Below, piece by piece: positions 50,366-62,569 of a stretch of DNA of 64,000 nucleotides. A program made the translations under genes and the position numbers. The stretch lies in the NCBI GenBank assembly GCA_052426225.1, contig JBNJNM010000007.1, forward strand, positions 682,001-746,000, read 5' to 3'. The stretch is from Zancudomyces culisetae HAW-14-8 (Eukaryota > Fungi > Kickxellomycota). The notes beneath the pieces were generated by a model, which was not told the DNA's origin, ran no database searches, and saw only the letters and a program-made list of their open reading frames with translations. The stretch's first letter is position 1; every line of letters starts with the position of its first letter.

Positions 50366-51840
50366 TAATTCCTGCTTGTTGAGTATCTCTTTATTGCTGG
50401 TATTATTCTGCTTTTATCGCTTTGTGTGTGTTTTTAACTGTCCGTTTCCGGTTAACCAATTCAGCAAATATATTTGTAGTTGGAATGAATTGTCAAAACC
50501 AAACATATTTCGGCTAAATATTCCCCTGTAACCTTTCAACCCCTCTTTCATTCCTGTGTGCTAGCCCCTTTTCCCACTTATTATTTCTTTCTATAAACGA
50601 ATAACATCTCTGTGTCACATCTATGTAATAATTAAAAAAAACAGCCGCAAAATTTTTGGTCGCGGTTTCAAATAACCCAATCTATTTCGTGAGTTTATTC
50701 TGCCAATTTATTTCGTAAATCGTGAACTACAACAAATTCAACGCTTTTAATAGAACATATAGTCAGCCTAAAGACAATCTCGGCTTTTCGGCATTGAAGA
50801 AAAGATAAACCACCATATATTTGCTCAAACATAAACTGTAAATAAGATTTAAACCACTATTTCCGATCGGGAGACCAAACACGTAAGGAAGTAGAAACAG
50901 CTAGCTTGTAACGCCTATATTAATATACACAACGTTTGAAAATGAAAAAAAGTTGAGATAGCTTAATAACAATAGCTAGCAATCACGGTCATTTTAAGCA
51001 TTGCTAGCAGCACCTCCACTGATACCATGTTTGGCTTCTCTTCTACACATTTTCAGAATTTATACTTTCCCATTTATATATACTTTGTATTCTCGTTTTA
51101 AACGTTACATTTATAAAAGTAAACTCACCAAAAAACAACCTTCTGCCATAAACCCCTCTTACACCTCCCTCACTTCTCCCAAGAGTATCACACTACAAAG
51201 GCTCACGCATCATTTGCATTTTTTATTTATTTACAGCGTACCAGATACCATGTGCGCTTTTTGATCACAATCATCTTTTGACACTCTCATACATTCTTGC
51301 TACGTTTAATACCCATAATCAGCGAATTTGTTCTTGATAGTAAAACCCACTCACCCATACATCTATCCACCACACAGTAACTCTGTGTCTTTTTCACCAA
51401 TGTATAAAGTATCTGTACTCTTCGCACATCTTCAAGAAAATTAAAAAGAAAGGACAGGATAAATGATATACATTTGACTTGAACCAACCGCCATTTTTCC
51501 CTTCTGTTCATCCACTTCACCCCCCACCCCTTCTCCCAGTTCCTACCACTCTACAATTACAATCAGTTCTTTCACATAACAAAACTTCAGACATACCAAA
51601 AACATGCCAACTCCTCGCTCGCCTCTCTTAATGAGCACTGTTGGGGAAATTTAAGGTACACTCCAAATATTATAAACAATTTGTTATTAGCTATTCAAAT
51701 TTCAATATGCGTTTGACATTATTCTTAACCGTTAAGCCAAATCACAAAACATTTCCAAACCAACACACTACTTAAAGTATGGAATAAAACTCAACAAAAA
51801 AATCAACAAAAGTAATAGCTATTTAACCTTTAAAAAGAAA

Positions 51841-52620
51841 TTACAACTCTTCGAAAGCCTTGAGAGTCTCTTCGTACTCTTGTTTGAGTTTGTTATATTT
51901 TTCAAAAAGCTCCTCAAATTTGTTTTCTTGATCACCTCGCTCCTTTTCCATCAATGACACTGTGCGCTCAAGATTCTCGATCTTGATATCCATGTCACGG
52001 ATCCTAGAAAGGAAGAAGCAGATAATTATCAGTAAAAAAAATTTTGTGATAGCTTGATTCGTAACTCCAAATCAGAATAGCAAGTGATGGTAAAATAAGC
52101 ATAATAATAAAGAAACTTACTTTTCCTTGGAAAGACGGAGATCGGTCTCTGAATTTTCTAGCTGCTCTTCTAATATGGCAATCTTCTTGTGTAAGGCATC
52201 ACCAACATTCTTTGAGCTCTCGTTGTCATTTGCAAGCTGCTTCGCAGTAGCAATGAGTTCATCTTTGCGTTCTATTTCCTCCTCAAGCAAACTAATGCGG
52301 TTTTGCAAAGATATTATTTCTTGCTCACGCTCCATTTGAGAATCATTGAGTTGCTTCAGAGCCAACTCGGCAGCATCTGCTCTCGCGCTAGCTGATTCTG
52401 CCTCAAGTCTTATTGAATTTATTCTCTATTTGTTTATATCATGTTTTAATATTTAAACTAGCCTCAAGTGACCATAAATACCAATAGTGGATTGGTGCAG
52501 TGACATAAAACAAAACAAGCCTCATATCACCAATAGTTTTGCATTCAAGATTTAGCAGCGTCACTAAAAACTAGTCGCAAGATGATCGAATCTGACACTT
52601 ACCTCTTTGAGTCTATCCAT
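51841..52620 (-). CDS. Tropomyosin (TPM1/cdc8-like), 3 exons
   Basis: MDRLKE|RINSIRLEAE...EQEIISLQNRISLLEEE...KIAILEEQLE...|...YNKLKQEYEETLKAFEEL*. Confidence 0.92.
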
Positions 52621-54058
52621 TTTATGGTTGGTTTATATCCAAATGTATCTTTATATATTGCAATTATTGAAAAATAAAAGAAATCCCCTTATAAAAACAC
52701 AAAGTGCCAGCTACAATTAATAACAATTTTTGAAGCGCTTTTCAAAATATATACAATTTATCCAAGAATTTTTTTTTCCTTTGCTAATTCTCTGGATGGT
52801 AATTATTTCCAGTTCTCTTTCCCTAGGCTGCGTTTTTTGCAACGAATAGAGCGAATAGATTACTGAGGTATGTTTTTAAGATGACCAAAACGTGAGTTGA
52901 TATTTTTTATAATGGTGAAAAAATAAAATGAACGTAGAACTGGATTGCTATTAGCTTGTTTGATTTTCATTTGCTTATTTATCTGTTCCTTTATGTTAAT
53001 AATAGGAAATTCAATGGTAAATCTCTGCAAATTTATGGCTTCTAAAGCTCCGTTGTATTCTATTTATAAAATCAATAATGTCAAGGTTCATTGTTTAGTC
53101 GAAACAAAAAGATGTTGGTGAACATCTATCCGCACCCAAAACCACACCCGCTATTTCTTTTCTGGCTAAATTGGCTGGGGATTTCTATATTTCTAGGATT
53201 TGCCGAGAAGCGCGTTCTTTTTTCTCTTTTTTGGAATTTTTATTCATGTTATGCTTGCATTTATAATGATTTCGGGTAAACTAAAGTAAAAACTGTGAAT
53301 ATTAGTAAAAGTGATGGAATAAATATGCATCAGTAATGCACAATGACCATGTATATACACAAATGCACACATAATATTCTTTTTTCTACAGCCATTACCT
53401 TTTTATTTACAGAAGGAATGGTGTGTATAAACCCACTGTTATACCCCCCCCCACTACCCACCACATACCCTAAATAAAGGTTTGTATGAGAGGGTATTTG
53501 CAAGCTTGGGCCAAAGTTCAACAAACAGAGAAATAAATGCATGTAAAGAGTATACAGCTAATGCGTGAGTAGACATACCTCAATTCTACATTGCATTGGG
53601 GTGGCAAATATGTTTGCAATGTCATACATCTCTCTCTTGATACATTACCATGATCAATCACAACCTCCGGCGTAGTAAGACATATGTGATTACCCATTTC
53701 AATATTTTTAAACTTCTCATAGACCCAACACACAAAACGCACAGAAATGCAAGATATTTTATGAATATATCTATTGCTCTTTAAACTTGCATTTCTATTT
53801 AATACACAGGCTTTGCAGATAAATATTTGTATGAAAAGGGGAAAACGCACTCTATCATTTATTTTCAAAGTCATAATTAACCATGCCAACATGCTTCATA
53901 ATTACATTATATTTAATACCTTTAAAAGGTAACTATTGACCAGAGAGAAAAATTAGGCTTAAACAAAGCACTTAGGTACGCACACGAACAGCGTGAAGTA
54001 CAAAATCGTGATTTACTAGGATATAAACAAATAAACAACAAGATAAAAATACCAGAGT

Positions 54059-55793
54059 CTAAGCCAAAAAAGCATTTTTAATTGCAACCGGTATGTTTGG
54101 GTTATTAAAGTCTCTACTGGCAATTTGAATAGGCAGTAGATAAATAGAAGGAGAGGCTGTACTCTTTTTTATCAACGAAACAACTTCAAGTATTGGGATT
54201 GTTGAGGAAGACTTGAAAACCCCGTCGATAGAGACCCAGTCATATAAAATACAAGCTGTTACAAGCATCCTGAGGAGAAGATTCAGTTCAACTTCGGGTG
54301 CACTAATAAATCATAATATTGTTATTACATAAACTAGAATGGGTATGCTAATTAACTACAGTACCTATTATCTTTGATGGATTTCATGGAGCCGGCCGCC
54401 AATATACACAAACTAAGCAAAAACTGGTTTCTGTTTTCATCCTATTTACCCAGTATTCAATATCAGCACCATTCCATTGGTGTATCTTGTTACTGAAATC
54501 AATACTAAATCTAATCTTACATTGACGTATTTCTGGGTCTGTTCAGTTATGATTCTAACCATTGGACTGTGATACGCGTAGAAAAGTGACATCTGGTTCG
54601 ATACCTCACCGCTGGGAATTTCTGATCTCTCGACGCCCTACAAGGAGAAACATGTTACAGATAAGATGCTGTACCAATTTGATATAATCTTGTCATATTA
54701 CCTCAATTTCACGATGCCCCATCCGAGAGTAGATTCTTCGGTAGTAAGAAAGATCATTCTGTATGTCTTTTAATAAGATCTATATGCACATATAACAGCG
54801 TTTTTTGTATTTTTTAATCCATGGAAGAAAAAAAGTATGTAATTGTACAAGGTTTACTTACCTTGGCTGCGTCGAATCTGAAGGAGAAATCCATAATTTG
54901 TGCAAATTCGTACGCATAATTTTGTGCCAGCTTCTGGGTTTCGTTTAAATCTATACGCTGTTCTTGCTCAAAAAACCTTTTAAATAGTTCCGGTATCTGC
55001 CGCTCTACAATAGCACGTTTTTTAGTTTTGGTATTGCCTTATTTATTAACTACTAGTGATTCTACTTCTTGCAAAAGCAAACAGAAATAAAAATGATACT
55101 CTGTTGCATAGGCATTTAGCTTACCTATATTACATGATAGCTCAAAACACTCTTGCAACAATTTTATCATTGGCAACATGTGCTTCCACGCAGCCTCTTC
55201 GTTTTCCGCTGTTGGCTCTGTTATAGCCTAAAAATACACCATGCTCCTATTAAAAATATTCTCAAGAACATAGTCTTTTTAAATGCAAAGTGTGGGAAAA
55301 TCTACCTACCTTTCGTATCATTTCTGAAGACCCTTTGTAGTTATTTACTTTTTGCAGCAATCCCACACCTCGAATTATGCATGTCTTTAGCTCTTTAATT
55401 CCTTCATCGTCTTCTAATCCATTGCCAGATTCTACCAAGTGTATAAATGCATATGTTTTATATTGATAAAATATGCATCCAGAAAATATGAGAATTGGTT
55501 CGATTTGGAGCAGCGTGACCAAGTTCTGGTTCATTATATTCGGGCCACTCGAAGTCTCAAGATTTTTCGGTAAATACCATATCGAAATAAAAAAGAGAAA
55601 AATCAGCTGTACACAATGATAGAAAAGGATATCGCCATTTTCAGTTACCTTTCATAATAAGATATGCTTTGGGGTATCTCTGTATCAAACTAATCTGTTT
55701 GTCTAAAAGTTCCTTCGACAAAGTTTTGTCCTTTTGCTCGTTTTGTGTGAGGCTGATGCCTCTACCACTCATTAACGATATGAATATTCCCAT
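54059..55793 (-). CDS. CYRI/FAM49 (DUF1394) Rac-interacting protein, multi-exon
   Basis: MG start; YKGSSEMIRK|AITEP...EEAAW; FDAAK; IQNDLSYYRR; NQMSLFYA; CILYDWV...GVF. Confidence 0.85.
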
Positions 55794-57263
55794 TGCAATA
55801 AATTACTGGCCTTGTTTTTTTTCCCCCGCTGTGTTAATGTATATTAAATAGAACCGCTAATCTTGTTCTTATGTTCACCTTATTATTTAAAAGCTAAAGT
55901 GTTTACACAAGTATTTAGTTTTTTATTCCTATTTTTGTTGTGTTAATACAAGACAATAATAACTGGACAATTCTCAATCTCAAAAACCAAGAAAACAAAG
56001 GAGGTTGATTATACTTTTTGGTAGAAACGTGAACTGCAGTAGTAAATCGCAAGCAATCCCACCCTTTGTGACCTACGGATTTGTCATCACAGTTCAATTT
56101 TTCTCCCAGGTTTAGTTTTATATCCATGCTCACTTCCCCTAACTCTACTTATCTGCTAAATTGCGAAAATTAAACGTGTGCATAAAACCAACAATTTCTT
56201 AATTGTGTTCACCAATTGTTTGTTTGGTTCACCAAAATTTTGCTGCTTTGTTTTCTCGTTTTTTTTTGGTGTTTGTGCAAGCAAGATGGACAAGAGTAGC
56301 AAATAGAGCTATGTATCCAAAGCTAGAGACCGATTATACTTGGTGAATTTTTTGTTAACATGTGTGGTTAATCGTGAATGTGAAAGCTGACCAATTATAG
56401 ATACTGTTAAGAACTCAGTCCAGAAACGAATATGCCATTTTTTTAAAACAACCAAGCCGAAAAAGAAAAGGGAAACAATAATTCAAAACATGGAACCTAA
56501 GCCTAAGTCGTAGCCAATTGCTGGTAACTGGAGGGGAGGGAGTGATACGCATCATATGCTAGATATCTACAGTTTTCGAGTACATGATATAGAATACTGA
56601 AGGCCGGTTGTATTCACATAAACTATATTAGCCGAATATGGTTTAATAAACATCATCCAGTGTCGAGTAGCACCCCCTCCCCTTTCTCTCAAAAAAAAAA
56701 TGGTAACAGCAAATTATTCGAAAACACCTCGTAAAACAAAGAGTTTGATTCAAACTTTGAATGAATTTCTCACTCAGAGAATCATTACATCGTTTTCAGA
56801 CTGGGTTTATGAGTAATAAAAAAAATTATCACAACAAAAGTTTGCCATCAATTAGAGTAACTTGCACCAGTATTCCACACTTGATTTTTAGGCTTGACGT
56901 TTATTTTTACTTTTTGCTAACCTGTGTATTAAATGTGTTAAACTCATTTGTTGAGTTGGTTTGTAACTTTCGCCACTCAACCAGAAACATGGTACCGTTT
57001 TAGATGGAAGATTGGATAAATTTGAAGCATATGTAGAACTGGAGAGAAATCTATTATTTATATCATACCCCTTTTTTTGTTGCTCATTTTCTGAAAATAA
57101 CAAAATACACTAATAATTCTAAAATATGCATAGCTAATATATCTAACAAAAGCTAAGGTGATAGACAAACACGTACTTTTTTAAATAAAAAAAATTATAA
57201 AGTAAACCTTCCCACTCAAACATAGACTGGTTTAAAAAACAAAGTGTTTGAAATACAACCCGT

Positions 57264-59243
57264 TTATTGACCCTGTGTGGGAGCAAAATCCACATCAAAG
57301 TTTCCATCAAAATCAGTATCTAAATAACCACCCAATTCATTGCTTTGTCGCTCGAGACCAGAGTGAACAAGTGATATCGAGTTGAATCTGGCAAAGGGAT
57401 TTCGTGCATTTGTGTTTGCTCTTTGTGAGAAAGATATCTCTTTCTCAACCTTTATGATACCCTCACTTTCCCACTGCTTAGTACTCTCTTCTCCGCCACT
57501 TACGAGCAATTCTTTTTTTTCTTCCTTTGTGTGGCCGAGTCTACGTGCCTGCTGTAAAAATTTGAGTTTTTTGGGGTCATTTAATGGAACAATAGGTGGA
57601 GTAAAGTTCATAAGTAGAGCAAAATTAATGTCTTTAAACCAGCTACTTGATTTGATCTCGGATGCACCATCTTTACCTCCAAGCCTTTGAAGTTTGTTTT
57701 TTTGTAATAAGCCCCTTACCAAGGTTTTACAAGAGCTCGATACGTCTTGGTGAAGAGGCGCCCCATGAAAGATCAGATCTTTGTTCAAAATGTTTTCAAA
57801 AGTTTGGCTCCTATTTTTCCCCCTAAATGGAGTAAATCCATACAACATCTCGTATATTAAAATACCTAAGGTCCACCAGTCCACGGTACTGGAATGCCCT
57901 ACACCATTTAGGATTTCGGGTGCTATGTATTCCTCAGTTCCTACAAATGAATTTGCTCTCGTTTTTGAGGTACAAACATTTGTATTTAACATGTACTCTT
58001 GTGAAAAGATGGATGTCCGCTTAGACATGCTGGGAGGGTAAACCGGGTTTGCATGTTTTGATAAATCAAAATCTGCCAGCATTATATGGCCGGACTCATG
58101 CAAAAGAATGTTTTCTGGCTTTAAATCCCTGTAAATATACCCATTCAGATGAAGATATTCCAACGCCAATGTTATTTCTGCAGCATAGAACTTTGCCGCC
58201 GGTTCCAGTAAACGTTTTCCCGGTAACGAACGAAGCTCGCGATAGAACTCGCCACCTAGACAGTAATCCATAACTAGATAAAGATATTTTTCACATTGAA
58301 ATGAATGAAACAGTGTAACAATAAATGGAAAGTTGGCAGTAGCCAATATATCCTGCTCCGTCAAAGCTCGCTTAATTTTGTTTCGCTTGATCATATCCGT
58401 TTTTGACATAATTTTCATTGCATATAGATTTGATGTTTCTACCTGCCTTACTAAAAATACCTTTCCAACACCACCGATTCCCAAAAGCTTCACTTTTTCA
58501 AATGAGGATGGCCCAACAGTTACTTGTTGGATCTTTACTGAATTCTTTGAATAGTCACGGAAAATTGTAGATTTCCTACGTATTTTAGAGCTTCCTCGTT
58601 TCAATAGTTGGTTGCTGCTGTTTGTAAATGACCTTTCAAGTCTTGTATCAAAGCTGATTCTAAAGTTGGAGGTCGGGCTGATTGTGGTTGAAATGTTTGG
58701 AAAAGCATTTTTATCGGTTCCATTGAATGCCGAAGAAACAAATTGAGCTGTAGCATTTATATTATTAACAGTTGACCGCTTTTCAAAACTAGTTGGACCA
58801 GGCATTTTGTGTAACGTGGATGAAGAATCTATCACATCTAGTTTTCCATTGTAAGGATTCTTCATTTCAATCATCTCGTCACTAACGACCATATTACTAC
58901 CCCTTTTTTGAAGTTCTGAGCCGTTGTTGTATCGCGAAGGATGGCCAATTTTAACTGAAAACGGATAGTTTGCAGAATATTCTGAAGCATTCTTTATAGG
59001 TACTTTGGAGCTTGTAATGGTTTTTTTCTGTTGTGCTGCTCCAAGCTGTGTCGTTAATCCTGATGTCGCAAAGCTTTCATCAAAATATCCGCTATATTGG
59101 ATCTTCTCGTTGTCATAAATATGTGTACTAAGGTCGTATATTAGTGCATTTTCGTGTTTATGCATTGCTCTAGTAGGCAATTCGGAAAGTGTACTATCCA
59201 AATTGTGATCACTCCTATATGTTTCGTTCATGACGCCTGTCAT
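57264..59243 (-). CDS. AGC Ser/Thr kinase of the FPK1/KIN82/nrc-2 (flippase kinase) type
   Basis: VGPSSFEKVKLLG, KRNKIKRALTEQDILAT, YRDLKPENILLHESGHIMLADFDLS, RANSFVGTEEYIAPE. Confidence 0.93.
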   Translation of the reverse strand: MTGVMNETYRSDHNLDSTLSELPTRAMHKHENALIYDLSTHIYDNEKIQYSGYFDESFATSGLTTQLGAAQQKKTITSSKVPIKNASEYSANYPFSVKIGHPSRYNNGSELQKRGSNMVVSDEMIEMKNPYNGKLDVIDSSSTLHKMPGPTSFEKRSTVNNINATAQFVSSAFNGTDKNAFPNISTTISPTSNFRISFDTRLERSFTNSSNQLLKRGSSKIRRKSTIFRDYSKNSVKIQQVTVGPSSFEKVKLLGIGGVGKVFLVRQVETSNLYAMKIMSKTDMIKRNKIKRALTEQDILATANFPFIVTLFHSFQCEKYLYLVMDYCLGGEFYRELRSLPGKRLLEPAAKFYAAEITLALEYLHLNGYIYRDLKPENILLHESGHIMLADFDLSKHANPVYPPSMSKRTSIFSQEYMLNTNVCTSKTRANSFVGTEEYIAPEILNGVGHSSTVDWWTLGILIYEMLYGFTPFRGKNRSQTFENILNKDLIFHGAPLHQDVSSSCKTLVRGLLQKNKLQRLGGKDGASEIKSSSWFKDINFALLMNFTPPIVPLNDPKKLKFLQQARRLGHTKEEKKELLVSGGEESTKQWESEGIIKVEKEISFSQRANTNARNPFARFNSISLVHSGLERQSNELGGYLDTDFDGNFDVDFAPTQGQ

Positions 59244-61608
59244 TTCTGCTTTTAGTTCCCGATAAAGAATTAGTAATACATATGCTATCTGTGACTTTCA
59301 AAAGTGTAGATAGCGGGGAAATTGTGTATATTCGAGTTTTGATAATTTTTTATATGTTTTATATGTTTTATATGTTTTATATGTTTTATATGTTTGCTAT
59401 TATAGTAATAGCGTTTTTTTTTGAATTACCGATTTAAATATTGAACTTGGAGTAAAAATTTTGCTGTATATATAAAAACGATAAAATATAAATAGATATA
59501 GGTAATGGTAATGGTAATGGTTTGAAGAAAAAAAATCAGACATTTTCCACAGAACGCTATATTATGTTATACTGTTCAGCTTTATTGAAAATTGTCCTGA
59601 TATTATGTTTATTTTACGTAAGGCAAAATGTTTATTGAGAGTCTTAGAGTTTATTCGAATCGTTTTGCAACTATTTATAATCCATAAATCTATTTTTAGT
59701 AAATTAAATATTAACATTGGGTATGTACAGAAATAGAGGTGGGAATTGGTGAATTGTTTGTAATACTATGGTCGGGTATTAGCTTAATTGAATCGATGTT
59801 ACAACAAAAACAAGAAAAGTAAATGATAAGAAAGCTTTCGGATATTTACTGATACCACTTAATGCTCGCATTTGTTTTCTCCCAAAAAAAAAACAGAGAA
59901 CAGGAAAATGTCTATTTTTCTAACGGTTTCTGCAAGATAGAGCAAATAGGTTTAAAAATCGAAAGTTCTTATGAGAACCACTAGCTAATCACAGCTCAAC
60001 CAAAAACACACTAACAGTATCGCTATTACTAATTCAAGAAAAGTACTGCTTAACGTTTTAAGAGGTTGGTTGCAGACACTAACATGGGTGTAAGTCCGAC
60101 AGATTACATACATCTTTCTATTGTGTAACTTTACATGGGAAATGAGCCGCTGTCCTATCTAGTACTAATAATAAATCTTTGATACACAAAGAGCTTCGTA
60201 CATTTAATCCGCAAAAGTCGGGGGTGTATCTGAGGTAAAATCCTACAACCTTAGTATTTCTACATCATCCGATTTTCATGCTGGTATCCTTTCGCAAAAC
60301 CTTCTTTCAACACAAATTTGTTGTCAGCGCACTTTTAGATAATTTTATCTGCTCATAATTTACTTTATAAATGAACGAAACACCAATTTTTAAAAGCTTT
60401 TCCCATAAACTTCATACTATTAATATCAATTTCTGTATGTTAAACACCTAAACTTTGCAGAGTTGTATATCCAGGATAATATTCGGTTTTTATATCATAG
60501 TACTTGATATACAACACGAAAAAAAAGCATACAAAAGGACTACAGTGAAATAAAATTCAATTGGTTTGCTCTTTTGATGTATTTAACCCACACAACTCAT
60601 ACCTGCAAAAAAAGTAAAACAAATGGCGTTTAGTGACCCTCATCTATCTGATCGATTCAAAATCCAGTTTTCTATGTACGAGATGTAGTTCTTACAAAAA
60701 ATCTGTCCCCCTCTTCCCTCTCTTCCCCCTTTACCAGCTTTGCGCCTACACCTCATTAGCTGTATTTTGGCATTCAAAATTCTTTACAAATTAGGAAATT
60801 ATGGTAGAATGAAATACCATACATTTCTGTAAACTTTAGGACAATTACCAGCTAATGAGCTCTGGTAAACCCAAACGCCAAGAGATCTTTGTCTATAAAA
60901 CCATGATGCGCATGCCTTTTTTTCAATAAAATACATTTCTTGTGAGTGTGTTTAATTGGTACTCTAAAATGAAAAAGATAGGGAAATAAATATATTTCTT
61001 GAATTCCTTTTAAAAACCCCTTGCCTTTTTCGTCACCACTCCAAGAATGCTGACGATGCATATACTAGCTTCAATAAATATCTAAACTCTGCGGTAAAAA
61101 GTCAAGTTTCTGTTGTAAAAAATATCCTACAGTTTTATGGTCAAGTAAAGTAATTAAACCAATTTTGATATTATATTAGTTCATTTTCTAAATAGCGAAA
61201 ACTACAACCACCAAGGCCTTGTAGCTTATCAACTATGCTGCAATAATGAGAAAAATAAAAATAAGCATAGGGAAAGAAAAAAGAGCCCATTAGGCAATAG
61301 TCCGTTGATATAAAACAGCGAAGGAGAACCGAAATTATGCAAAGTTAAGCTGATAAACTAGCAATTTAGGTGGTTGTTAAAATAAAATATTTGTTATTTG
61401 AAATTTTAATCTTTAGTATACTGAACAAAAACGTTAAATTTAAAGCAAGCCTGTTTAAACCCTTTGATCTTATAATTAAAATACAAACTTTTCTTTAATA
61501 TATCTGTCAGTTCAACACTACAGTCATCAGAAATAGTAAAAATAAAAACACGAAAACACGAAAACACAAAAACACTCACCTAACAGTCAGGTTGTATTAG
61601 GATTAGTT

Positions 61609-62130
61609 ATGATGGTTACCAAATATTTCAAGATATTTGTTGCTTTGATGGCTATAACTACAGGTAAAGAACATGTGCAATGTGGCGGTAAAACAGATGC
61701 GTCTGCCTACGGCAAAACCGTTAATAATACGTTTGTATTATATTGCAACAGTGCAGAGGATTGTTTTGCGTTTGGGAATGTTGTTGGGTGCAAAAATGGA
61801 GAAAGCGGTGAGGTGACATATCGGTATACTCACATTCTGGACAGTAGTGTGGAAGATGTGTATAAAAAGAGTGACCAAAGGCTATTTAGTCATCGTATCA
61901 TTTCAAAATTTATACCTCGTAATATCCGTAAAGGATCACCAAGTGTTTCAGGGTCAAAACCACCTAGTTCATCTGGATCATCAAAACCGTCACGTAACCC
62001 TGTGATCGCAGGAAAGCCACCCCGTCCTGTCCGCACGAGTCAGGCTTCCACCATTAAAACTGGGCGGGATTATTTCTACTGTTGTTTCTTGATACTTTTT
62101 TATTATGTCATTGTGCTATTCCGCTTTTAA
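61609..62130 (+). CDS. Orphan putative secreted or membrane-anchored protein
   Basis: Hydrophobic N-terminus, 4-Cys domain, S/P/K-rich linker, hydrophobic C-terminus. Confidence 0.55.
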   Translation: MMVTKYFKIFVALMAITTGKEHVQCGGKTDASAYGKTVNNTFVLYCNSAEDCFAFGNVVGCKNGESGEVTYRYTHILDSSVEDVYKKSDQRLFSHRIISKFIPRNIRKGSPSVSGSKPPSSSGSSKPSRNPVIAGKPPRPVRTSQASTIKTGRDYFYCCFLILFYYVIVLFRF

Positions 62131-62569
62131 TCTTTTTGGTACTGTATTTATATCGTATTTTTGAGTCTAGAAGATAATCCCACCATGAAATAAACTAGGT
62201 GAATGTAAAAAGTATAGTTCTTAAATATATGTGTGTAGAATGAAGAAAGAGAGGATATAAGAAGAAAGTATGTTATGTAGAGTTGAATATAACATTAATT
62301 CGTTATTAACACTAAAAATAGGAAGCAGCACACATGTTTACATAGCCATTGTTCTTCCCGTTAGCTTGCTTTTTGGCTGCCAAATTTCTGATTTTTTTTA
62401 GGAATGTTGAAAATATCACCCACTAGTATTAAATTAATGAAATAGACCACTATTAAGCAGGCAGCATTTTTTAAATTAAAAAACTTCTCTTTTGGAAAAT
62501 CAAATCAGTTACAAATATACGCAGTACCAGCTTATTGTAAAATAAGGAGTGTGGAAAGTGCAAAAGAAA

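Noticed and set aside
50868-51052. Possible H/ACA-like RNA (GAGACCAAACA/TGTTTGGCTTCTC pairing, 3' ACA)
   Set aside because: Pairing is short and no family motifs are recognised; needs an Rfam search.
59350-59395. (TATATGTTT)n and other short repeats (35620, 59501)
   Set aside because: Ordinary micro/minisatellites.
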